Assembly: GCA_029856435.1 (NCBI GenBank)
Contig: JAHQXB010000123.1
Span: forward strand, 1 to 60,269
Source: Candidatus Jordarchaeia archaeon
Lineage (GTDB): Archaea > Asgardarchaeota > Jordiarchaeia > Jordiarchaeales > Jordiarchaeaceae
DNA: 60,269 nucleotides
Reading direction: 5' to 3'
In this document: positions 28,718 to 38,487 of the stretch, one piece after another
Layout: each line of letters begins with the position of its first letter
Position numbering within the stretch: position 1 is the first letter of the stretch
Made by a program: the position numbers and the translations under genes
Notes under the pieces: generated by a model
What the model saw: the letters and a program-made list of their open reading frames with translations, nothing else
Told to the model about the DNA's origin: nothing
Database searches by the model: none

Positions 28718-29251
28718 GTGGCGTCTGATAAAGAGTTGATGCTTAAAGTGGTTTTGGTTGGTGACACTGGGGTTGGTAAAACGAGTATCACTCGTAGGTT
28801 TGTTCATGGGGTTTTCGTTGAGGGCTACAAAGAAGCTGATTTTACTCGCATATCGAATAGGGAGCTGGATGTTGGTGGTAGGCGTGTTAGTTTGAGTATT
28901 TTTGAGATTGGGGGTCAGGAGAAGTTCCGCTTTGGGGAGAACATACTCTATAGGGGTTCTGACGGAATTATGCTAGTTTTTGATATTACTAGTGAGGAGA
29001 GTTTTGAGGGTTTGGGAGATTGGTTTGAGCAGATTAGGTCTAGTTTGAGTAAAGATGTTCCTTTACTTCTTGTGGGCAACAAGTACGATTTGGCTGTTTT
29101 GCGTAGGGTGCCTAAGGAGAAGGCTGTTGACTATGCTAGAAATATTAGGGTTGATTACCTGGAGTCCTCGGCCAAGACGGGCAAAAATGTGATAATGGCT
29201 TTTTATAAACTAGCGGAAAAGATTCTTAGCACTCCAAAATATCGCATGTAA
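28718..29251 (+). CDS. Rab-like small GTPase with degenerate G2/G3
   Basis: G1 GDTGVGKT, G4 NKYD and G5 ESSAK intact; G2 Thr replaced (YKEADF) and G3 reads FEIGGQ. Probable GTG start at 28718 (ORF open from 28697). Confidence 0.88.
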   Translation: MASDKELMLKVVLVGDTGVGKTSITRRFVHGVFVEGYKEADFTRISNRELDVGGRRVSLSIFEIGGQEKFRFGENILYRGSDGIMLVFDITSEESFEGLGDWFEQIRSSLSKDVPLLLVGNKYDLAVLRRVPKEKAVDYARNIRVDYLESSAKTGKNVIMAFYKLAEKILSTPKYRM

Positions 29252-29325
29252 ATTAGAGATGTGTTGGCTTACTTTTCCCCTCTTTTGGTTCCATAGCTCT
29301 CCTTAGCTTTCCGCAATTTTTTTAT

Positions 29326-29988
29326 TCAAGTTAGGAAAGTTTTTAATGTTTCCGACATTTTTTTGATTAGGGCGTCGAATATTTTCTTCCCTTTTTCAGG
29401 TGTGGCTTTTGTGGGATCTCCAATTACTCCTGACTGGGAGTAGTTTATGGTTTTCCAGCCGTTTGGGAGGGGTGATTTTGATTGGGGGTCAAGCTGGGGA
29501 ACATATTTAACTATGTCCTCGGTTATCTTTTCCTTTCTCACTAGGTCAGGTGTAAGATATAGCATGAGGGAGGTTTCTGCTTCACATGCATGGCAGACTC
29601 CTCCCACATCTGTTTCTCTTAAGTTTTCCAGTATTCCTTTTAAGGTGTGAAATAGGTCGACGATTATAATTTTCCCGTTTTTTAACTTTTGAAGTGTTGA
29701 GGTGTTTCCTCCATGAGTGTTAATAATTATGACTTTTTGGTAGTGCCTAAATAGACTTTCACTAATGCCCTCCACGTTTTTCAACATTGTTTCGGGTTGG
29801 ATGCCGATTGTTCCGGGGAAACCTACGTGTTCTGCTGAGACCCCGTAACTCAGTGTGGGCGCTAGGTCGACTCTTAACTCTGTGGCTAGAGCTTCAGATA
29901 TTCTTCTTGCAATATAGGTGTCGGTGCCTAGTGGCAGGTGGGGCCCATGTTGTTCCGTGCTTCCAATGGGCAATATGACGTGCTTCAA
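29326..29988 (-). CDS. arfB: Creatininase-family formamide hydrolase, probable FAPy-nucleotide deformylase
   Basis: LPIGSTEQHGPHLPLGTD, NTHGGN, HACEAETS; located in the riboflavin operon. Confidence 0.8.
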   Translation of the reverse strand: MKHVILPIGSTEQHGPHLPLGTDTYIARRISEALATELRVDLAPTLSYGVSAEHVGFPGTIGIQPETMLKNVEGISESLFRHYQKVIIINTHGGNTSTLQKLKNGKIIIVDLFHTLKGILENLRETDVGGVCHACEAETSLMLYLTPDLVRKEKITEDIVKYVPQLDPQSKSPLPNGWKTINYSQSGVIGDPTKATPEKGKKIFDALIKKMSETLKTFLT

Positions 29989-30654
29989 TTATTCCTCCCT
30001 CCTAGTATTCAGGACTTTGTATGTGAGGACTATGCATTTGCCTACCTGTTCGGAGTTAACCTGTTCTAGTTTTACACCTTCACTTACTTTGGTATATCCT
30101 TCTCCTTCCACCAAGGTTGTGGCTTTTTTGCCTCCTACTATTACTGGAGCTATTGCAATTCTGATTTCATCTACGAGTCCTTTGCTAAGCATTCCCCAGT
30201 TTAAGTTTCCTCCTCCTTCAAGCAGTAAATTTCTAATGCCTCTCTCGTAAAGCTTTTCCATGAGTATTTCTAGGTCTACCTTTTCTCCATCTCCGCAAAT
30301 CATTATTTTTACTCCCTTTTTTTGCAAGTTGGCGATGTTTTCTGGAGGAGCTCTACCTGTGACTGCGATTATTGTTTCTATTTCGGGTCTCACTGTGATT
30401 ACTCTAGCATTGGGGGGTGTTCTTGCTTTACTGTCCACAACCACTCTTATGGGACTTCTTCCCTCTTTTGAAGTGAGCTTGGAGTCGTCCAAGAGAATGG
30501 TGTTTATGCCAACCATTATGGCGTCCACTTGGGATCTGAGTTTGTGTACTCTCTTCCAGTCCTCTTCATCAGAAAATGCGGAGTCTCCTCCTCGAGTTGC
30601 AATTTTTCCGTCAAGGCTCATAGCGGAGTTCAGAATAACATAGGGTTTTTTCAA
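29989..30654 (-). CDS. arfC: 2,5-diamino-6-ribosylamino-4(3H)-pyrimidinone 5'-phosphate reductase
   Basis: AMSLDGKIAT, LRSQVDAIMVG, LLEGGGNL (RibD reductase domain only). Confidence 0.92.
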   Translation of the reverse strand: MKKPYVILNSAMSLDGKIATRGGDSAFSDEEDWKRVHKLRSQVDAIMVGINTILLDDSKLTSKEGRSPIRVVVDSKARTPPNARVITVRPEIETIIAVTGRAPPENIANLQKKGVKIMICGDGEKVDLEILMEKLYERGIRNLLLEGGGNLNWGMLSKGLVDEIRIAIAPVIVGGKKATTLVEGEGYTKVSEGVKLEQVNSEQVGKCIVLTYKVLNTRREE

Positions 30655-30669
30655 TTACTAACCCTCTTT

Positions 30670-31830
30670 TCACAAATAATCTCTCTCGAAAACCTTTTTT
30701 CCTCTAATATAGACGAATTCAATGTTCTCAGAGTTTGCTCTGTGAACCACAGAGTGGTAAATGTCATTTACTGGTCTAATATTTGGGGCATCCAGATTTA
30801 GAACAATAAAGTCTGCACTTCGCCCCGAGGCTATCCAACCCGAATCAAGATTAAACAATTTTGCGGGGTTAACTGTAACCATTTCTATGATTTTCTTGGA
30901 GTGCAGCGCGTTTTTACCATATTTTCCTCTGAGTGTTTTTCCCAAAAACTCCATCTCTCTAAAAAGGTCTAAGGAATTAGCCATAACATTGTCCGTTCCA
31001 ATACAGACACTTACTTCCTTCTCCACCAAATTTTCTATTGGTGGAAACCCCACACCAAAATAAGCATTGGCGCGCGGACAGCAAACAACACTTCTGCCCC
31101 GAAGCAGCTTCATGTCCTCCTCATCTATGTGAGTCAAGTGCACCAAGATGTCTGCCCCTAAAATGTCTATGGCTCTCTTTACATCTGAGACGCCGAATTT
31201 CTCAAATGCAATTTTTCTCTCCCCCACTGTTTCTGAGACATGCACTGCGATTAGTTTATTTTCCCTTTTACATTTTTCCGAAATCTGTTTTAGTTCCATG
31301 TCACTATAGATGTTTGTGGAGCTTAACCCCACACCTTCCACGTTGGGAAGTAGTTCCTCTAGGGATGTTTCTTGGTTTGGCCGTCCAAACTTTATGGCTC
31401 TAATTGGAAAGCTACTTGTTACCTGGCTGAGAAGATTTATTCCCTTCAGTCCTCCCTCCCTAAAATCGGCAAATGTGGATGTGCCAGAAGATAACATTTC
31501 CAAGCAGGCGTTACGAATCCCGAAAGTCAACTCTTCCTCGGAAGCCTCCGCCAAAAGTCTGTGCTTAAGTCCCCGTGGGGGTTCCACCACTTCCTCTATG
31601 GAATATTGATACCCCATCTCCTTAGCGAAGGAGTCGCCCACATGGGTATGCGCATTTATAAATGCGGGGAGTATGAGGCAGTCCTCAAAAATCGAGTAGA
31701 CTTTAAACTTCGGGGCCTCCTTCGAGACGTTCACAAATTTGCCCTCATCTGAAATCGTAATGTACACATCTTCAAGTAGCTGAAGTTCCTTCCCCACCAA
31801 GCAGAAGTCCGCGTAGATGGCGTACGACAT
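30670..31830 (-). CDS. Metal-dependent amidohydrolase, candidate pyrimidine deaminase
   Basis: FINAHTHVGD, HVSET, VHLTH, CPRAN, IGTDN amidohydrolase motifs; lies between arfA and arfC. Confidence 0.85.
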   Translation of the reverse strand: MSYAIYADFCLVGKELQLLEDVYITISDEGKFVNVSKEAPKFKVYSIFEDCLILPAFINAHTHVGDSFAKEMGYQYSIEEVVEPPRGLKHRLLAEASEEELTFGIRNACLEMLSSGTSTFADFREGGLKGINLLSQVTSSFPIRAIKFGRPNQETSLEELLPNVEGVGLSSTNIYSDMELKQISEKCKRENKLIAVHVSETVGERKIAFEKFGVSDVKRAIDILGADILVHLTHIDEEDMKLLRGRSVVCCPRANAYFGVGFPPIENLVEKEVSVCIGTDNVMANSLDLFREMEFLGKTLRGKYGKNALHSKKIIEMVTVNPAKLFNLDSGWIASGRSADFIVLNLDAPNIRPVNDIYHSVVHRANSENIEFVYIRGKKVFERDYL

Positions 31831-31833
31831 AGC

Positions 31834-32598
31834 CTAGAGCATCTCTTCTTCGTTAAGGAATATTACATCATTTACCTTCTTCTCCCTAATCAGAGAGAGG
31901 CCTATATTCGCCCTTGACAAGGCGTCCAGAGCGTTTTTACCAAAACCTATGCCTGCTTTAAGCCTCAGGTTCATGCTTATCTCAAACCTATCAAATATTT
32001 CTTTGAAGTCAGGCTTCTTCAAACCATTACAAACCGCAATAAAATTATCACCCCCATTAAAAAAGAGGAGGGCGCCCTTATCCCCAAACATTCTCATAAG
32101 AATAGAGGTAGAGGAATATATGAGATAAGTACTCTGGTAAGCAGATTCCCGATCCGTGACTTTCGACGTGAAACCATTTATGTCTATGTGGGCAATCTGA
32201 ACATACTCCTGACCACCGTTATCATTAGACTTTTGCGCCAGAATCGCTTTGCGGGTCTCCGACTGGGCGCTACCCGTCTCCTGCAAAACTTTTGTTGCCA
32301 GAACTTGAGCCTCATAAGGAGTTTCAGCAGAGCCAATGCCCATACTAATGGAAACCGGATACCTTCTAGTCACACTCCTTAAAATCATCTCATGCTCCTT
32401 GACCGATATGCCATTAGACACCGCAAGCATGTTATCAAAACGATTATAGAAAACCAGCCCCCTTCTCAGGGCAAACATCCTTTGGAGATCCGCATAAAGC
32501 TCTGATTGTAAAATCTGCAAATCGGACTCGCGATCCACCCCTAGGAGCTCAGTGAATCGACCATAATTGTCAAGCTGTATTAAAGTTAGTTGAATCAT
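31834..32598 (-). CDS. arfA: GTP cyclohydrolase III
   Basis: IQLDNYG...RESDLQILQ...RFDNMLA; second half IAHIDIN...GGDNF. Confidence 0.92.
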   Translation of the reverse strand: MIQLTLIQLDNYGRFTELLGVDRESDLQILQSELYADLQRMFALRRGLVFYNRFDNMLAVSNGISVKEHEMILRSVTRRYPVSISMGIGSAETPYEAQVLATKVLQETGSAQSETRKAILAQKSNDNGGQEYVQIAHIDINGFTSKVTDRESAYQSTYLIYSSTSILMRMFGDKGALLFFNGGDNFIAVCNGLKKPDFKEIFDRFEISMNLRLKAGIGFGKNALDALSRANIGLSLIREKKVNDVIFLNEEEML

Positions 32599-32636
32599 AC
32601 TGGTACGCCTCTACGTGACACCACCAAAACTATTAC

Positions 32637-33053
32637 CTATTTCAGACGCCGAACCATTTTTACGGCAGCTTCAACGCCTCTCTTTGCGTATTCCTCAATT
32701 CTTTCCGTTGCTTCCATTCTGGTCATTCCCGGCCCCGATACTCCTAGAGCCACCGGCTTATTATACTCTAAGGCGAGATCCATCATTTTCCGCGCCGCAT
32801 GCTGAGCCACCACCTGATCATGGTCGGTGTCCCCCTTAAGAATGGCGCCTATAGTGACCACAGCATCAATATTATCCATTTGGAGAAGCTTTTTGATGGC
32901 CAGAGGCATATCAAAAGATCCAGGAACCTTAATCACCTTCTCTACTGTGGCGCCCAGAAACTCAGCATGATCAAGGGCTCTTTGGAGCATCAGATATGTA
33001 ATATCATAATTAAATTCTGCTACCACAATTCCCAGTCTCACTTTTTCTTCCAT
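32637..33053 (-). CDS. ribH: 6,7-dimethyl-8-ribityllumazine synthase
   Basis: [33 protein letters not shown]; ATG at 33053 after GAGGAG. Confidence 0.95.
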   Translation of the reverse strand: MEEKVRLGIVVAEFNYDITYLMLQRALDHAEFLGATVEKVIKVPGSFDMPLAIKKLLQMDNIDAVVTIGAILKGDTDHDQVVAQHAARKMMDLALEYNKPVALGVSGPGMTRMEATERIEEYAKRGVEAAVKMVRRLK

Positions 33054-33074
33054 AAAATTAACACTCCTCACAAT

Positions 33075-34257
<1,183 letters not shown>

Positions 34258-34707
34258 TTTGAGGCCACCTAGATTTCGATGTAAACACATCCACTCACAC
34301 ATATAAGAGTTGCTACTAAAAAATGAGTAACCTTCTCTCTCACCCACAATTTCAACGAGAAACCAGAACAACAAATAAAAACCCAAAAATAAAAACGTTT
34401 CTACAACTATGCTTTGTTGCATAATTTTACTTTTTAAATCTATTCCTTAAATTGTTGAAAATTTTTCAAATTAACACTGTAAAATTATAAAAAACATCAA
34501 ATGTATAAAGAAATTAAAAAAATAAAATTATACAACACAGCATAACAACTATAATTCAGCAAACACGCCATCTTATTCGATACGTAAGAATGATTTTCAA
34601 TCTCATCAAATGAACCCTGTTGTTTGAAGGTCTGGGCACCGCTTATTTTGTAAAGCAACGAGCTCAAGAGCCTATTCAACGAGTTATTTCGATACAAATT
34701 TTATTTT

Positions 34708-35493
34708 TTATTTCACTTGTTTTGATTTAAGTCTCTTCTCTTTCTTCATTGCTGAGATTACTTTTGCTAGTTTCTCGCCCTTATCCTGCAAAATAGTTTT
34801 TTCTATGAATGTTCCTTGCACCAGCATGTCGGCGCCCGCGCGTATCACCTCAACTGCCTGTTCCGGAGATTCTACTCCTCCCCCCACTATGAGGGGGACA
34901 TCGATTGTCGAAGAAACGGCTGAAATCATTTCAAGTGGCGCTTTTTCTTCCGCCCCTGAACCTGCCTCTAGGTAAACCAACTTGAAACCAATATACTGGG
35001 CTGCTAAAGCATAGGCAGCAGCTATCTGGGGTTTGTTGCGGGGGATAAGTTGAGCCTCGCCCATATAGCCAGCTGTGCCTCCGGGCTCTAAAATTAAATA
35101 AGCCATGCCTATTGGTTCCAGGCCAAATATTTTAATGGCTTGAGCGCCTGTGAGTTGGGCTCGAATAATATAGTAGGGATTTCTGGAATTCAAAACGCTC
35201 ATAAAAAATACTGCATCTGCGTATTTTGAAATACCCGCGACATTCCCAGGAAAGAGTATTACTGGCAGATCAGTTTGCTTTTTTATTTCAAGGATGGTTT
35301 CGTCCAAAATTCCGAATGCGGTGGAACCACCTAACATAAAAGCATCTGTCCCTGCCTCAGCAGCATACTTAGCCATAATACCTGCTACCTCAGCTGACTG
35401 CCTCAGTGGGTCGGGGTCTATCAGTGTTAAGTGTACCGCCCTACCATCATTAATAATATTCATTAAGTAGTTCCAAACCTTTGTCTTTCCCAT
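34708..35493 (-). CDS. Geranylgeranylglyceryl phosphate synthase
   Basis: HLTLIDPD, FMLGGS, PVILFPGN, FFMSVLNSRN, AYLILEPG, YLEAGSG, IVGGG; probable ATG at 35493. Confidence 0.93.
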   Translation of the reverse strand: MGKTKVWNYLMNIINDGRAVHLTLIDPDPLRQSAEVAGIMAKYAAEAGTDAFMLGGSTAFGILDETILEIKKQTDLPVILFPGNVAGISKYADAVFFMSVLNSRNPYYIIRAQLTGAQAIKIFGLEPIGMAYLILEPGGTAGYMGEAQLIPRNKPQIAAAYALAAQYIGFKLVYLEAGSGAEEKAPLEMISAVSSTIDVPLIVGGGVESPEQAVEVIRAGADMLVQGTFIEKTILQDKGEKLAKVISAMKKEKRLKSKQVK

Positions 35494-35912
35494 TATGCCG
35501 CCTTCTTTTCGATTCTTAATTTTTAGTAGCACGCAATCAAGAAACAAATGAGTTTTCAAGCAAAATCCAAGATTGAAAGGTTCAAAGATAAATCTAAATA
35601 GCTATTTAAAAATTTTTGCCTTATTTATCCTTCCATCCATATTCCCTCTCAAGTTACCAAAATGGGAGAGGTTAACTATTGGGAGGTGAGTGTTTTTGCT
35701 TGCTTCTACAGACAAACGTAGCATTTTTTTATACACAAAGATGTTAAAGAAGTGGGAATCTAGGTTTTACAATATTTGCAAAAGCTCCCAAAAATAGAAG
35801 CATATTTAAACCTGAAGGTTATTGTTCACAAATATTTATTAGGAAATTATTTGATTTTTGAACCAAGCAAGTTAGATTAAAACCATTAATTAATTGATTA
35901 GGAGGAAAAAGA

Positions 35913-36314
35913 ATGCCTAGAAGAAGAGCTTCAAGAAGTAGGTCTAGAAGCACAGCATTACTCGGCGCTCTTCTTTTACTGGTAACGCCTTTTGTACCCA
36001 GCTTTGCGATAGGAATATACTATGGACATGGTCAGATTTTTCCATCGTTTTCGGGAGGTATACTATGGCCTTGGCTTGACCTTGTGTCAATTCTCATTTT
36101 GATAATGGGTGTATTTGCGTTAATCGGTCTCCTAATTGATGGTGGGGACGTGTCTATGGTTCTTTTGGTTCTTGCCGGGGTAATCGGTTTGATTCTGGGC
36201 ATCGTCGGTTTGATCAGCTTCTGGGGATCTAGTATAATATTTGCTTTCGCGCCTGCTAGTGCGATTTTAGGTGGACTTCTAGCTTTATTTGGTGCATTAA
36301 GAGTCAGAGTTTAA
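35913..36314 (+). CDS. Small membrane protein with four TM helices
   Basis: GGAGG RBS; basic N-terminus MPRRRASRSRSR followed by four hydrophobic segments. Confidence 0.8.
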   Translation: MPRRRASRSRSRSTALLGALLLLVTPFVPSFAIGIYYGHGQIFPSFSGGILWPWLDLVSILILIMGVFALIGLLIDGGDVSMVLLVLAGVIGLILGIVGLISFWGSSIIFAFAPASAILGGLLALFGALRVRV

Positions 36315-36628
36315 AAAGCGCTGGCTCCTTTCTTTTTTTGGCTAATTTCTAAGTAGATTTGGAAAAGTTTGTTTTAAAAACTAGTTTTGGTTGTTTTTCT
36401 CGCGTTTGGTGGTTTTCGGGTCGTGATATATGCGTATATATTTGAAGAATAGATATTGAAATATAGGTGCTATTACCATTATGTTATTTGCGAGATATTT
36501 ATTTTTACAGATTTATGTTTATTTACATGAAAATTAATAAAAAATTTTATATTGAACGTGTTTATTAGTTGAGGTTGTCCAGCTTTAGGCTTCCACGTAT
36601 CACCCAAAATATGTTGTGGGGCAGAAAA

Positions 36629-37381
36629 ATGTCCGAGTGCGAAGGCAAAGTTCTTTCTGAAGGTAAAACCAAGATAGTGCGCGAAACTAAAGACAGAAAC
36701 ATCGTCCTTTTAGAATTTAAAGACAGTATTACGGCCCTCGATGGGGAAAAAAAAGATGTTTTAAAAGGAAAATCTATAATAAACTCGCAAATATCCGCTC
36801 ACTTTTTCAAGCTACTAGCAAAGAAGGGTGTCCCTACTCACTTTGTGGAATTTGTTGAGCCGAATATGATGAAAGTAAAGAAGCTTAAAATGTTGCCTGT
36901 AGAGGTTGTTTGCAGAAACATTGCTGCAGGACATTTAGTTAAAAATTTTCCCATAAAAGAGGGCACCCCCCTGAACCCCCCGGTGGTTGAGTTTTACCTC
37001 AAGGACGATGCACGCCACGATCCCATGCTAAACGAGGACCACTTTGTGATCCTTGGAATAGCCCCAAGAAATGAGGTTAAAAAAATAAAGGAACTCACAC
37101 TCAAAACCAATAAAATTCTGAGCGAGTATCTAAAGTCCAAGAATCTTGTACTTGTGGATTTCAAGATAGAAGTTGGACGAGGGGAAGACGGCAAGATTTA
37201 TGTGGGAGACGAAATTAATGGCGACTCGATGAGAATTTGGGAAGCCGGCACCAACAAAATTCTAGATAAAGATGTTTATAGAAAGGGCGCATCCATAGAA
37301 GATGTTATGAGTACCTATATACAACTTTACCAGAAACTCTTAGGAAAAACGCCCCCAATTAGAGGAAACCAAAATGAATAA
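36629..37381 (+). CDS. purC: SAICAR synthetase
   Basis: EGKTK, FKDSITALDG, PVEVVCRN, KDDARHDP, VDFKIEVG, DEINGDSMRIW, DKDVYR. Confidence 0.96.
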   Translation: MSECEGKVLSEGKTKIVRETKDRNIVLLEFKDSITALDGEKKDVLKGKSIINSQISAHFFKLLAKKGVPTHFVEFVEPNMMKVKKLKMLPVEVVCRNIAAGHLVKNFPIKEGTPLNPPVVEFYLKDDARHDPMLNEDHFVILGIAPRNEVKKIKELTLKTNKILSEYLKSKNLVLVDFKIEVGRGEDGKIYVGDEINGDSMRIWEAGTNKILDKDVYRKGASIEDVMSTYIQLYQKLLGKTPPIRGNQNE

Positions 37382-37631
37382 TTACACGCTAGAAGTCATA
37401 ATTGAAAACAAGCCAGCCGCAAGAGACCCCGAAGGAGAAACCATTCTTAAAGACTTAATTAACCAGAACGGATTCGAAATGGTCAAAAGCGTGCGCTCTG
37501 GGAAATATCTCCGCATAAACCTAGAGGCGGAGAGCAAAGAGGAAGCCAAGAACATCGTTTATAGAATGTGTAATGATTTGAGAATTTACAACCCCATCAT
37601 ACATGTTGTTAATATAAATGTGAAGGATTAA
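37374..37631 (+). CDS. purS: FGAM synthase subunit PurS
   Basis: KPAARDPEG, VRSGK; 85 aa between purC and purQ. Confidence 0.92.
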   Translation: MNNYTLEVIIENKPAARDPEGETILKDLINQNGFEMVKSVRSGKYLRINLEAESKEEAKNIVYRMCNDLRIYNPIIHVVNINVKD

Positions 37632-37770
37632 CCAAATCTGAGTAATTTATGAGGCCCAATCTTATGAGTAAACTGGTTTCGGCAAGTTCCAAGGAGGAAG
37701 TCTATGATGAGGCTTCTTTGCCGAAAATTTGTTTCTTCAATAATTTGGAGGAATATTTGAGGCGATAATT

Positions 37771-38487
37771 GTGAGGGTCGCTGTTATCCGTTTTCCAGGT
37801 TCGAATTGTGATCTGGATACTGTGTATGTGTTTAGAAGTGTGGTGGGTTTGGAAACAGAACTGGTGTGGCACAAGCATTTTAACGACGGCGATTTTGATG
37901 CGGTTGTGCTTCCCGGCGGCTTCTCTTACGGCGATGCTCTGAGGGCTGGAGTTATAGCTGCATATAGCCCGGCCATGAAGCGGGTGAAGGAGATGGCCAA
38001 GGAGGGCAAGCCGGTTTTAGGTATATGTAATGGTTTCCAAATTCTCGTTGAGTCAGAATTGCTCAGCGGGGCCTTACTGAAAAATGATTGTCTCACGTTT
38101 ATATGTAAATGGGTCACGCTCCGTGTTGATAATGATAAAACTGCATTCACCAATACGATGAAAAAAGGCCAAATTCTCAAAATGCCAATAGCCCACAATG
38201 AAGGTCGATACTACAATGACATAGAAGCTATTCGGGAGATGGAGGAAAACAACCAGATTGTTTTTCGATACTCCAACGACAACGGTGAATTAACATCTGA
38301 ATCCAATCCTAATGGGTCTCTTGAGAATATTGCGGGTATATGCAACTTGGAGGGCAATGTGGTAGGCTTAATGCCCCATCCTGAGAGAGCTTCTGAACCA
38401 ATCCTCAGTCCATTTAAAACAGACCACGGAAAACTAGTTTTCGAATCCATGGTTAACGCAATCAGAAATGGGGGAAAATACAGGTGA
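37771..38487 (+). CDS. purQ: FGAM synthase glutaminase subunit
   Basis: FPGSNCD, PGGFSYGD, LGICNGFQ, MPHPER. Confidence 0.96.
   Translation: MRVAVIRFPGSNCDLDTVYVFRSVVGLETELVWHKHFNDGDFDAVVLPGGFSYGDALRAGVIAAYSPAMKRVKEMAKEGKPVLGICNGFQILVESELLSGALLKNDCLTFICKWVTLRVDNDKTAFTNTMKKGQILKMPIAHNEGRYYNDIEAIREMEENNQIVFRYSNDNGELTSESNPNGSLENIAGICNLEGNVVGLMPHPERASEPILSPFKTDHGKLVFESMVNAIRNGGKYR

Noticed and set aside
34258-34422. Hydrophobic N-terminal extension of ribB in the ORF track
   Set aside because: Homology starts at MPSKNI with its own RBS. The extension is low-complexity promoter sequence read in frame.
37700-37712. ATGATGA box C motif suggesting a C/D sRNA
   Set aside because: No CTGA box D at a suitable distance downstream.
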